This document shows positions 28,607-38,273 of a DNA stretch of 64,000 bases, one piece after another. The DNA is from a virus (Duplodnaviria > Caudoviricetes), in the IMG/VR virus record IMGVR_UViG_3300033075_001228. The stretch is one strand, 5' to 3'. Positions within the stretch are counted from its first letter, which is position 1. Every line of letters begins with the position of its first letter. The translations under genes were made by a program, and so were the position numbers. Under the pieces are notes generated by a model. It saw nothing but the letters and a program-made list of their open reading frames with translations. It was not told the DNA's origin and made no database searches.

Positions 28607-29283
28607 TGGCGCGCCTTTTCATCACCCCCCGAGAGCTAAACTTCATCAGCGATATCACAAAAGAGATCATCAAAGATGTCATCGGCCAACGCATCTACTA
28701 CTACCCGATCTCTGAGGCCAAGACGCTTACGCACGGTGTCTACAATGAGTCGATGCAGAAGGTGTTCGACAACCCTATCATCATCGATGCGCTTGTCGAC
28801 AGCAACTTTCAGGCTGACACAAAGATCGGTGCGTTTGGAATCGACCAACAGTATAGGTTGGAGGTCTACGTACAGTACCGTGACCTGGTCGCGAAGGGCA
28901 TCAACATCCAGATCGGAGACTTCTTTTCGTTCAGCGACATCTTCTATGAGATAACCGATGAAACGTTCATGAGGAACATCTACGGCCAGGCTGAGCACCG
29001 TGACGGAATAAAGATAGTCGGCACCAAGGCCCGTGCAGGCCAGTTTGAGGCCTTGCTACGTGGTCCAACTGACATCGCACGTCCTGAGCCAGACGCAGTC
29101 CAGAGGACGTTTGAGCAGCAACGTGGTCGTGTAGAAAACTCTGAGGGCCCAACGGGAGACGTTAGGGACCTCGTGAAAGAGGGTGTGTTGGATGAATCGC
29201 TGACTGGACCAAAGGAGGTGTCGCCTCGCGGAGCGGGAAGCGATGCATCACACCATGGCTCAAGCTTCTATGATGATGAATGA
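28606..29283 (+). CDS. Neck/head completion protein (gp14-like)
   Basis: YYYPI...HGVYNES, FGID, IGDFF..DIFYEI; position in the neck cluster. Confidence 0.7.
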   Translation: MARLFITPRELNFISDITKEIIKDVIGQRIYYYPISEAKTLTHGVYNESMQKVFDNPIIIDALVDSNFQADTKIGAFGIDQQYRLEVYVQYRDLVAKGINIQIGDFFSFSDIFYEITDETFMRNIYGQAEHRDGIKIVGTKARAGQFEALLRGPTDIARPEPDAVQRTFEQQRGRVENSEGPTGDVRDLVKEGVLDESLTGPKEVSPRGAGSDASHHGSSFYDDE

Positions 29284-29292
29284 GGTCAGCAG

Positions 29293-30588
29293 ATGGCAAC
29301 GCGTTTCAACAACAAAGGCAGACCAAACCTAGGGGTTTCAAACCTGCCGACTGGGTATGAAGGCGCCTCTGCACCTGACGACCTGACGATCCCAGCGGTT
29401 GGAATTGAAGACGTAGACGTAGGGCTGTTCAACCTTTTTGACAAGGAGATTGGGCTGACGGTGTCTGCAAGCGACCACAACAGGTTGGAGCTGAAAAAGG
29501 TCCCAGTGATCTTTTCTTCTGCGGAAAAGTGGGCGCTTAGCAAGCGACAGCGGGGGTTTCGCGATCAGACGAACTCTCTCATCTTGCCGTTGGTTACTGT
29601 AGTTCGTACGACTGTTCAGCAGCTTAATGATGACATAACTGGCCGAGGCATCAACCAACAGACAGGTGAGATCCATGTTCAAAGACGCTTAGATAAATCG
29701 GACAGAGGATACCAAGGCCTAATAAACAGGCTGATGCTGAATCACCAGACCAACCTCGCAGTGTCACCAACGCAGGCTGACACGGACCAGCTGTCAACAA
29801 ACCGTTCACTAGGCTCGTTGGCTTCAGATCCAACGGTTCGTGAAGGAGGGCTGATGCTGGCCGACCGCAGGAACGACGTGTATGAGACCCTGGTGCTTCC
29901 TGCTCCGCAGTTTTTCACTGCGGTGTATGAGGTTACGCTTTGGGCGCAGTACGTGTTTCAGATGATGCAGATCCTTGAACAGCTCATCGCTTCGTTTTTG
30001 CCTCAGGGAAACGCCTGGCGTGTGGAGACAAAGAAAGGCTACTGGTTCGTTGCGACCGTGGACGGTAACGTCTATAACGCGGAAAACAACTTTGAAGACA
30101 TGTCGCAGGAGGAAAGGCTGATCAAGTACAAGTTTACGATCAAGCTTCCTGGCTACATCCTGGCCACGAACGTCCCAGGCGCTCCAGTTCCGATCAAACG
30201 CTACGTATCATCGCCATCAATCTCATTTGACCTTGATGCCGGATCTAGCGAGGCCGTAGACCCGAGCCTGGTTGATGAGCCTTTTCTCGGCTCTGACGAC
30301 CCTACGTTGCCGCTTGATAGCTCTACGAGGCGCGCAGACCAGAGGAACACTGGACGCACGCGGCTTTACCCATCAGACGGAAACGTGTCGCCGGACGACC
30401 CTGCGTTGTTGAACAGGCCAAGGGGTCAACCGTTGGCCAGGTACAAGAAGTTAGAGACCCTGGACGGCAACGGACGTAAGACGACCAAATTTGTCAGGGT
30501 ATCATCCACAAATACGTTTGCCGGAGAGACGGTTTTTGCGCCTGACGCGGACCTTGGCTGGTTTACGATCGTAGTCAACAAGGGCTGA
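29293..30588 (+). CDS. Tail terminator/sheath stabiliser (gp15-like)
   Basis: KVPVIFSSAEKW, ILPLVTVVR, YEVTLW; directly upstream of the sheath. Confidence 0.7.
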   Translation: MATRFNNKGRPNLGVSNLPTGYEGASAPDDLTIPAVGIEDVDVGLFNLFDKEIGLTVSASDHNRLELKKVPVIFSSAEKWALSKRQRGFRDQTNSLILPLVTVVRTTVQQLNDDITGRGINQQTGEIHVQRRLDKSDRGYQGLINRLMLNHQTNLAVSPTQADTDQLSTNRSLGSLASDPTVREGGLMLADRRNDVYETLVLPAPQFFTAVYEVTLWAQYVFQMMQILEQLIASFLPQGNAWRVETKKGYWFVATVDGNVYNAENNFEDMSQEERLIKYKFTIKLPGYILATNVPGAPVPIKRYVSSPSISFDLDAGSSEAVDPSLVDEPFLGSDDPTLPLDSSTRRADQRNTGRTRLYPSDGNVSPDDPALLNRPRGQPLARYKKLETLDGNGRKTTKFVRVSSTNTFAGETVFAPDADLGWFTIVVNKG

Positions 30589-30652
30589 TCTAGGTTTTCG
30601 AACGAACGCACAATAGTTATTGTAGCGTTGATACGCTTAGAGGAAAACCGTA

Positions 30653-33600
30653 ATGACCGAACAGACTTTTAGGTCTCCGAACTTTTACGAACGTGAGATC
30701 GACCTCTCAGCCCCACAGCTGCGCGGCCCCGTTGGAACACCTGCCGGTGTCATCGGAACAGCCAACAAAGGCCCTGCATTCGTGCCTGTCACAGTTGCTA
30801 ACTTTGACGAGTTTGTTGCTACGTTTGGCAACCTTGACCCGAAGAAGTTTGGTCCTTATGCTGTCAATGAATTTCTAAAGCATCGTTCAGCGTTGACATA
30901 CCTGAGGGTGCTAGGCGCGGGAGCAAACAGCACTGACACGCACATTGCAACCACAGTTCAAAAGGGTCGGGTCAACAACGCAGGCTTCTACCTCGAGGGG
31001 TCGGCAGCCGCGCACGACAGCAGGGGCCGCCACGTAGGCGCAGTCCAGTTTTTGGCGGCCCGTCACATGTTGCAGACGAACGAAGCGTTTGGCCTGCCGA
31101 TGTTCACCGACAACCGCAGCTTTAGCGGCGGCTTTGCAAACGTTGTTCGCGGCATGGTTTTGATGGCGTCTGGAGCCAGGATGATGGTTCTTGACGGCAA
31201 CGAGAGTGCGGTCGGAGCGTTCACCGCGGCTGGCCCAGACGACCTTGCAACGCCTGTAGGCGGCAAGTTTAAGCTCGTCATCTCGTCTACGCTTGGCAAC
31301 GGATTCGTCAACACTGACAATAACCCTGGCGTCAGGATCCTGACCGCGTCGCTGGACCCATCGTCATCAGACTACTTCGGAAAGATCCTGAACACAGATC
31401 CAGACAGGTTTGTCCAAGAGCAGCACCTGCTCTACAGCGACTTTGCTGTCGACGACGAGCTTGCGACAGCTGTGTCTGTCGCTGTGCTGTCGGGTTCTGA
31501 GTCGACAAGCTCGACCTCAGGTGACACGAGCCTGGTCTTTAGGAAGGCGTTCGGAGCGTTTGACACCAGGTACCAGACGCCGCGTTCAACGATGTTTATC
31601 TCGCAGCCGTTCGGTGCGACAGAGTACGACCTGTTCTACTTCGAGTCGCTGGACGATGGAGAGTTTGCGAACAAGCTCTACAAGATTTCGATCACAAACA
31701 TCAAGGCTTCTCTTGATGAGGCCAAGCCGTATGGCACCTTCACAGTGCAGATTAGGGACTGGAATGACACAGACGCTAACCCGTTGGTCCTAGAGTCGTT
31801 CCCTAACTGCTCGCTTGATCCTCAGGCAGAGAACTATGTCGCTAAGCTAATCGGCGATCGAAAGGTCTACTACAACTTTGACTCATCGCTGCTCGAGGAA
31901 CGTCGCGTAGTGATGACAGGCAAGTACCCGAACGTTTCCAAGCTGGTTAGGGTTCGGGTCTCTGACCAGGTAGAAAACGCGCTCGTTCCTCAAAAGTCTC
32001 TGCCATTTGGTTTCAGGGGCATCGAGGTGCTGAAGACAAACGATTCGTTGCTCGACAGCAACTCATCTGTTCCACGAATTGTTGGCGTCCTGGGGGTTGG
32101 CTCAGGCTCAGCGTTGTCAGGTTCGATCCTTCCTCCTCTTCCGTTCCGGTTTAAGGTGACAAAGGGTGAGCTTCCAACGTCAACAGCTTTTGAAGGCCAG
32201 CCGGGTCCGTCTGAGCTTGCAAACAGCCAGCTAACGTGGGGCATTAAGTTTGAGCGTAACACTGTTCCGCTGAACCCAAACCTGTCATCTGAAAAGAACA
32301 AGCTGCTTGAGTCGTACACAAAGTTCTTGGGTATCAAGAAGCTTGACGTGCTGGTGACTGGTTCCGGCGCAGACCAGTTCAATGATAATAAGTTCACCCT
32401 AGCAAAAGTGGCGTTCTCAAACACAAGCATCACGCACCTGACTGGAACGATCAACGACCACATGCGAGAGGCTGCATACCTCCGTAACGGTGTCCTGGAC
32501 AACTCGCAGTACACGATCAACACCAGCATCGGCCGCCGAATCACGTTTGCAACAGTCTTGGCACAGGACTCGGCTGCCAACTTCAACAAGTGGTCTGCCT
32601 TCACAAAGTTCACCAACATGATGTATGGTGGCTATGACGGCGTCAACATCCTTGACCGTGACGCCAAGCGGCTTAACGACAAGTCAACGTCGTTTGACGC
32701 TGGCGGTGGAGCTGAATCAAGCTATGTAGCGCCAGGAATGCTGATCAATCCAAACGGGGCAGGTCAGTCAAACTCAACCGTGCTTTCATACACAACTGCG
32801 ATTGACATCATGACAGACCCGATGATGGTCAAGACAAACATCCTTGCCATCCCGGGAATCAGGGAATCGTTCATCACAGATTATGCGATGAAGAAGGTCC
32901 GTGACTACGGGCTTGCATACTATGTCATGGACATCCCGTCATATGATGACTCATCAAACAGGCTCTATGACGACTCGACTGCGCGCCCGGACGTAGACAA
33001 GACTGCGTCGGCGTTTGACACTCGCGCAGTTGATAACAACTACGCTGGCACATACTTCCCTAACGTCTTCATCGACGACCAGACGAACAGGCGCCGTGTA
33101 AAGGTTCCTTCGTCAGTCGCAGCGATGGGTGCATTGGCGTTTAACGACAGGGTGACGTACCCATGGTTTGCGCCAGCAGGATTCAACAGGGCTTCGTTGG
33201 ACTTTGTGAACAACGTTGAGGTAAGGCTTAACGTTTCCGACAGGGACACCCTGTATGACTCAAGGATCAACCCGATCGCAACATTCCCAAGGCTTGGCTT
33301 TGTCATCTACGGCCAGAAGACGTTGCAGGTTGCAAAGTCGGCGCTTGACAGGGTCAACGTGAGGCGCCTGCTTCTTGAGGTGAAGAGGATCATCATCGAC
33401 ATTGCAAACGCAATGGTCTTTGAGCAAAACACCCCAGCTGTCAGGAACAAGTTTGTCTCAGACGCTGTTCTTCAGCTAGGCCTGATCCAGGCACAGGCTG
33501 GAATTGAAGCGTTCAGGGTGATCTGCAATGAGACCAACAACTCTCAGGAAGACGTGGACCTCAACAAGCTAAACGGTCGTATCGTTGTTGTTCCAACGCG

Positions 33601-33661
33601 TGTGATCGAGTTCATTGCGATCGACTTCATTATCACGAACGCGGGAGTCCAGTTCGTTTAA
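30653..33661 (+). CDS. gp18: Tail sheath protein 1
   Basis: SPNFYEREIDLS, KGPAFVP, PWFAPAGFNR, INPI, GQKTLQ, ALDRVNVRRLL, FEQN, EFIAIDF. Confidence 0.95.
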   Translation: MTEQTFRSPNFYEREIDLSAPQLRGPVGTPAGVIGTANKGPAFVPVTVANFDEFVATFGNLDPKKFGPYAVNEFLKHRSALTYLRVLGAGANSTDTHIATTVQKGRVNNAGFYLEGSAAAHDSRGRHVGAVQFLAARHMLQTNEAFGLPMFTDNRSFSGGFANVVRGMVLMASGARMMVLDGNESAVGAFTAAGPDDLATPVGGKFKLVISSTLGNGFVNTDNNPGVRILTASLDPSSSDYFGKILNTDPDRFVQEQHLLYSDFAVDDELATAVSVAVLSGSESTSSTSGDTSLVFRKAFGAFDTRYQTPRSTMFISQPFGATEYDLFYFESLDDGEFANKLYKISITNIKASLDEAKPYGTFTVQIRDWNDTDANPLVLESFPNCSLDPQAENYVAKLIGDRKVYYNFDSSLLEERRVVMTGKYPNVSKLVRVRVSDQVENALVPQKSLPFGFRGIEVLKTNDSLLDSNSSVPRIVGVLGVGSGSALSGSILPPLPFRFKVTKGELPTSTAFEGQPGPSELANSQLTWGIKFERNTVPLNPNLSSEKNKLLESYTKFLGIKKLDVLVTGSGADQFNDNKFTLAKVAFSNTSITHLTGTINDHMREAAYLRNGVLDNSQYTINTSIGRRITFATVLAQDSAANFNKWSAFTKFTNMMYGGYDGVNILDRDAKRLNDKSTSFDAGGGAESSYVAPGMLINPNGAGQSNSTVLSYTTAIDIMTDPMMVKTNILAIPGIRESFITDYAMKKVRDYGLAYYVMDIPSYDDSSNRLYDDSTARPDVDKTASAFDTRAVDNNYAGTYFPNVFIDDQTNRRRVKVPSSVAAMGALAFNDRVTYPWFAPAGFNRASLDFVNNVEVRLNVSDRDTLYDSRINPIATFPRLGFVIYGQKTLQVAKSALDRVNVRRLLLEVKRIIIDIANAMVFEQNTPAVRNKFVSDAVLQLGLIQAQAGIEAFRVICNETNNSQEDVDLNKLNGRIVVVPTRVIEFIAIDFIITNAGVQFV

Positions 33662-33754
33662 TTCTGTTGATCAAGGCTTAAGTGATCTTTGCCTTGATCA
33701 ACAGATGTCGCGCAAGCGTTAGCATTAGAATAGTTAAACACGAGGAAATTTGGC

Positions 33755-36700
33755 ATGGCACAGCTAAAGTTTGGAAGCGCAGGGGTTGCGGCAAAGGAGA
33801 TTGACCTATCGGGTCCAGTTACGCAGCAGCCAGTTGGCGTTCCAGCAGGCGTCGTCGGCACAGCGCTTCAGGGGCCGGCATTTGTGCCGGTTACCGTAGG
33901 GCTGCTGAGCGACTTTTACGCAAAGTTCGGTAAGACTGACGGCAAAAAGTTTGGGCCGCTAGCGGTGTCTGAATGGCTACGAAACGCAGGTTCTGTTACG
34001 TACCTTCGGGTGTTGGGCGTCGGTGACGGTCTAGAACGCAATGCTGACGGTTCAGTGACGAACGCTGGCTTCACGGTGGGTGAGAACCAACCTCGTGCTG
34101 TCGATGGCGTCATGTTTGGCAACCCATACGCTACGTCTGGAAGCAACAGCGTTCCGGGCAGAACGTACTTTTTGGGTGCATTCATGTCTGAGTCTGCTGG
34201 TTCAACTGTCTTTTCAGACGCGGGCCTGTTAGGGGTAGGTGGTATCACACCGTATGGCACCGGCTCAGCGTTGCCGATCATTCGTGGCGTCTTGATGGCA
34301 GCCTCAGGCGTCATCCTCCGGCTGTCTTCGTCGGTCACTGCGTCTTCTGCGCCTGCTTCTACGTTGGTGGCCACCGAGCAGAGCTCACAGGGTGCACACT
34401 TTGGTGCAATTGTTTTGCTCGATGGTACCGTTGCTAAGCAGGACTTTGTGCTTCTATTGAACGGTCACAAGGGAACTGACTCGCTGTACCCGAACGTGAT
34501 CACGGCCTCGTTTGACATGACGTCGCCGAACTACTTTGCAAACGTCCTCAACAAGGATCCGCTGAAGTACCAGCAGGCGGGTCACTACCTGTATGCGCAT
34601 TGGGACCTTCACCCTTCGACCGCTGTTGTCACCGGCTCTGGCCTTCTTTCCACGGCTTCTGGCTCCGGGGCCTCAACTGCGCCTAAGGTCGGCGCTGAGA
34701 TCGCTGCGTTCATCACGACCGGTTCGACCGCAAGGAACGTCGGCAGCTCGGTGGTGCCAAACTACGAGTCGTTTACCGATAGGTTTGCACACGCTAAGTC
34801 ACCGTGGGTCATCTCGCAGCGCTTTGGCGGAGTAGCAACAGACCTGTTTAGGCTACACGCCCTTGACGCTGGGGCTGGCATCTCGACAAACTTCAAGATT
34901 TCGATTGAAAACATCGTTCCTTCGACTGACCCTGCGAACCAATACGGAAGCTTTGACCTGATCGTCCGAGATTGGAACGACAACGACGGCAACGTAAAGG
35001 CGCTCGAGCAGTGGAGAGGCGTGAACCTGGACCCAAGCTCAGACAGGTACATTGCTAAGGTCATCGGTGACGCACACATCTTCTACAACTTTGATCAGTC
35101 TGAGGCAGGACAAAAGATCATCGTCGACGGCAACTATCCAAACAAGTCTAATCTTGTCAGGGTTGAGGTCTCGACCGACGTTGACAACATGACCGTTGAC
35201 CCAACGGCGTTGCCTTTTGGCGTCAGGGGCGTCAGCCACCTGATGACGTCTGGCTCGGCCCCGATGTCCAGCCCGCCAGTTACGTCTAGCGCTGGCGTGT
35301 TGACGTCCAACCTGTTGAAGAGGGTGATTGAGGCTCCTCTGCCGCTAAGGAAGAACATCACGCAGGGTTCAGGCGCTAAGCTTAGCGTCAACCCGTTGCT
35401 TTACTGGGGCGTTCGTTTTGAGCACATCACCAGCTTAACGACTCCAAATGCCAGCACGTTGCAGGATAAGTCGCTTCTAAGCTTTGCAAAGTACTTCCCT
35501 GACTTCGCGGAGACAAACCAGAACTTCGTTGTGGGTGACAACGCCGGAACGCCAGCCACAGCTGAGAACGGCGAGATTGACGCGGACAGGTTCTGCAGAA
35601 ACGTCTTCTCCCTGGAGAACATCCAGGTCGTCACCAACTCTACCGGCTTGGCCGACTCGGCTGAGTGGGACCAGGCAACGTATGTCCGAGACGGCAACAT
35701 CTCGGCGAACGCCTCTGCCAAGACGCGAAGGCTCGCTTCAAGCGACTTCATCCAGGCAAACCGTCGTTTCATCAAGTACTCTTTCCTCATGCAGGGAGGG
35801 TTTGACGGCGTCAACCTCTTTGACAAGGATGAGTCTGAGATCAACAACAACGCTGTCGTTGCTGACATGAATGATGCAAACCGCGGCCGACAGGACGGAC
35901 CGTCGGTCAGGGCGTACATCAAGGCGTTGGACATCATGAAAAACGTGGTGAACACGGACATCCAGCTGCTGGCCATTCCAGGCATCAGGCACCCAGTCGT
36001 CTCAGACTCAGCGATTAGCTCGGTTGAAGAGCGTTTTGATGCGTTGTACCTCATGGACATCGAGCAACTCGATAACGCGGGTGACAACGTGATCTCTGAT
36101 AGCCAGCTACCTTCGGTCACGCTCACCGTCAACAACTTCCGTGACAGGGCGCTTGACAGCAGCTTCGCTGCAGCATACTTCCCTGACGTGGTGATGCCAG
36201 ATCCAAACACGAAGAGCAACGTCGTCGTGCCGCCTTCGGTCGTAGTCCTCGGCGCCTTGGCGCTTAACGACGCTGTCGGTCACCCGTGGTTTGCTCCAGC
36301 AGGAACAACGCGTGGCGCGCTGTCGACGACCCTTGAGGCCCGCGTGCAGCTGTCGAAGACAAACATGGACAACATGTATGACGTCGGCATCAACCCTCTC
36401 GTTGCGTTTCCAGGGAACGCAACCTCTGGAACCAACCCAAAGGGCGGCGTTGTGGTGTGGGGTCAGAAGACGCTACAGGCTGCTGCGAGCGCCCTTGACC
36501 GTGTGAACGTCAGGCGTCTCCTCATCGACATCCGTCGCCAGGTTCGTGAGATCGCAAACACGATCATCTTTGAGCCAAACAGGGAGTCCACGCTCGCCAA
36601 GTTCTCAGCTGCGGTCACGCCCCGACTGCAGAGGATCCAGGCGCTGTCTGGCCTTGAAAGGTTTAGGGTCATCATCGATTCGTCGACAACGACCCAGGCT

Positions 36701-36808
36701 GATGTGGAGAACAATACCATTCGCGGGAAAATCTTCGTGCAACCGACCAAATCGATTGAGTTTGTTTCGCTTGACTTCGTTGTCACAAACAACATCAACC
36801 AAGCATAA
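33755..36808 (+). CDS. gp18: Tail sheath protein 2 (paralogue)
   Basis: EIDLS, GPAFVP, PWFAPAG, GQKTLQ, ALDRVNVRRLL, FEPN, QPTKSIEFV. Confidence 0.95.
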   Translation: MAQLKFGSAGVAAKEIDLSGPVTQQPVGVPAGVVGTALQGPAFVPVTVGLLSDFYAKFGKTDGKKFGPLAVSEWLRNAGSVTYLRVLGVGDGLERNADGSVTNAGFTVGENQPRAVDGVMFGNPYATSGSNSVPGRTYFLGAFMSESAGSTVFSDAGLLGVGGITPYGTGSALPIIRGVLMAASGVILRLSSSVTASSAPASTLVATEQSSQGAHFGAIVLLDGTVAKQDFVLLLNGHKGTDSLYPNVITASFDMTSPNYFANVLNKDPLKYQQAGHYLYAHWDLHPSTAVVTGSGLLSTASGSGASTAPKVGAEIAAFITTGSTARNVGSSVVPNYESFTDRFAHAKSPWVISQRFGGVATDLFRLHALDAGAGISTNFKISIENIVPSTDPANQYGSFDLIVRDWNDNDGNVKALEQWRGVNLDPSSDRYIAKVIGDAHIFYNFDQSEAGQKIIVDGNYPNKSNLVRVEVSTDVDNMTVDPTALPFGVRGVSHLMTSGSAPMSSPPVTSSAGVLTSNLLKRVIEAPLPLRKNITQGSGAKLSVNPLLYWGVRFEHITSLTTPNASTLQDKSLLSFAKYFPDFAETNQNFVVGDNAGTPATAENGEIDADRFCRNVFSLENIQVVTNSTGLADSAEWDQATYVRDGNISANASAKTRRLASSDFIQANRRFIKYSFLMQGGFDGVNLFDKDESEINNNAVVADMNDANRGRQDGPSVRAYIKALDIMKNVVNTDIQLLAIPGIRHPVVSDSAISSVEERFDALYLMDIEQLDNAGDNVISDSQLPSVTLTVNNFRDRALDSSFAAAYFPDVVMPDPNTKSNVVVPPSVVVLGALALNDAVGHPWFAPAGTTRGALSTTLEARVQLSKTNMDNMYDVGINPLVAFPGNATSGTNPKGGVVVWGQKTLQAAASALDRVNVRRLLIDIRRQVREIANTIIFEPNRESTLAKFSAAVTPRLQRIQALSGLERFRVIIDSSTTTQADVENNTIRGKIFVQPTKSIEFVSLDFVVTNNINQA

Positions 36809-37511
36809 GAATAGTTGGGTTTAGATGATTGTTTACTGCCTAACAAACTTGATCAACGGCAAGCAATACGTTGGTCAAACGACCAAACCAGTTGAAGACC
36901 GTGTAAAGCAGCACGTTAGGGTTGCAAAACGTATGTCACGTAATCCAATTCATTGTGCTATCAGAAAATACGGAATTGATCAGTTTGCTGTTGCAGTCCT
37001 GCAATCGTGTAACACGCGTCAGGAGCTTAACGAAGCTGAGATTCGATGGATCAGCTTGTTAGAGACACGAAAGCTTGGATATAACCTTTCTGAGGGTGGC
37101 TCTGGGGTTAAAGGTCGAGGAATTTGGAAGCACACAGCAGAAAGCAAACAAAAGATTGGCGATAAAAATCGTGGCAAGGTTAGGTCTCTTGAAACTCGAA
37201 AGCTGATCAGCGAATCTGTTCATGCTGCCATGACGGACGAGCTTCGTTCGCTGATCTCAGCATCAACACGCTGCGCGCTAACTTTCGAGGTTCGTAGCAA
37301 AATTGAAAGAAACAATTACGCTAAACGTCGAAAGCAAATAGCTCAGCTAACGATCGAAGGACAGCGCATTGCTTTATTTAAGTCTGCGACAGAGGCAGCT
37401 GCCGTAACGAATACAAACAAAGGCAATCTTTGCGCTTGCGCCCGTGGCGAATGTTTTCAAGCGGGCGGCTTTCGGTGGGAGTATGTCACAAACAACATTA
37501 ACCAGGCATGA
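36781..37511 (+). repeat. 28-bp imperfect direct repeat (36781-36808 and 37484-37511) bracketing the GIY-YIG gene
   Basis: tgtcacaaacaacatcaaccaagcataa vs tgtcacaaacaacattaaccaggcatga; 25/28 identical; both encode VTNNINQA*. Confidence 0.92.
36825..37511 (+). CDS. GIY-YIG homing endonuclease (NUMOD3 and NUMOD1-like domains)
   Basis: IVYCLTNLINGKQYVGQT, GYNLSEGG, HTAESKQKIG, FKSATEAA...AGGFRWEY. Ends with a copy of the sheath C-terminus. Confidence 0.9.
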   Translation: MIVYCLTNLINGKQYVGQTTKPVEDRVKQHVRVAKRMSRNPIHCAIRKYGIDQFAVAVLQSCNTRQELNEAEIRWISLLETRKLGYNLSEGGSGVKGRGIWKHTAESKQKIGDKNRGKVRSLETRKLISESVHAAMTDELRSLISASTRCALTFEVRSKIERNNYAKRRKQIAQLTIEGQRIALFKSATEAAAVTNTNKGNLCACARGECFQAGGFRWEYVTNNINQA

Positions 37512-37525
37512 TGAAAGATAACGTG

Positions 37526-37846
37526 ATGAAGCTTACGAAAACACAGCTCGTGAAGATCATTCGGGAGACTGTCAGAAAGAAGATGAAAGTTGTCTCTGAG
37601 GTTTCACCGCCCAGGGGAACGATGCTTTCTACTCGCGCCCCCGCCGCGGCGGCGCTCGCACATCCCAATGTTGCAGGAGCGATCGAAAACTTAAAGGACG
37701 CAATGATGGAGGCGCTTGAGGAGCAGGTCTCACGTTATGCGCTCGAGGAGGTTGACCAGATCTTGCATACTGAGTTTCACAAGGAGCTTTATGACCTTGT
37801 TGAGGAGTGGTTGAACACCCTTGTGGAGAACGCTGAGGGAGTATGA
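37526..37846 (+). CDS. Small protein, MKLTKTQLVKIIRE family
   Basis: Shared N-terminal motif; acidic helical body. Confidence 0.7.
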   Translation: MKLTKTQLVKIIRETVRKKMKVVSEVSPPRGTMLSTRAPAAAALAHPNVAGAIENLKDAMMEALEEQVSRYALEEVDQILHTEFHKELYDLVEEWLNTLVENAEGV

Positions 37847-38181
37847 AGTTAACAAAGTTTCAGCTAAGGCAGCTCATCCGTGAAGCAATCGCAAAGAAGG
37901 TTGTCAAGGAAGGTCGCCTCAAAAACCCTGTCGTTGACCTCGTTGGCGGTGCGCTTGCGCAGCAGGTGAACGAGATGTTTGAAAACGCCAGCGAAACGCT
38001 TGAGAACAACGCATATGAGATGGTGCTGGGAACGCCAGACGCTGACGCTGCGTTTCCAAGCCGTTACGAGGACGTTGTAGAGTATTCTCGTGCATGTGCG
38101 GAGGTTGCTGTCAGCGACCTAAAGGATCAGCTGGAAGGGATTGCTTCAGGCATTCTACAGGAGCTCATGAAGCCAGTTTGA
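37843..38181 (+). CDS. Small protein, MKLTKFQLRQLIRE family
   Basis: Shared N-terminal motif; ATGA overlap with the upstream gene. Confidence 0.72.
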   Translation: MKLTKFQLRQLIREAIAKKVVKEGRLKNPVVDLVGGALAQQVNEMFENASETLENNAYEMVLGTPDADAAFPSRYEDVVEYSRACAEVAVSDLKDQLEGIASGILQELMKPV

Positions 38182-38236
38182 ATAATGATCGCTATCCAAC
38201 CGGTGGATTGGCTAACAGGCTGATGAAGAGTTTTCT

Positions 38237-38273
38237 AGGGCCCTACAAAGATGCGTAGGGCCCTTATTTGTTT
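38237..38273 (+). terminator. Terminator hairpin between convergent genes
   Basis: Stem AGGGCCCTAC/GTAGGGCCCT followed by TATTTGTTT. Confidence 0.6.

Noticed and set aside
35401-36219. 272-aa minus-strand ORF
   Set aside because: Lies fully opposite sheath 2; explained by codon bias; no recognisable motifs.
36809-37483. Group I intron in the sheath gene
   Set aside because: The sheath ORF is complete upstream and the insert is almost all nuclease ORF, leaving no room for a ribozyme core.
38220-38264. CTGATGA followed by hairpins (possible hammerhead ribozyme)
   Set aside because: No GAAA after stem II and no closing stems I/III; better explained as a terminator region.
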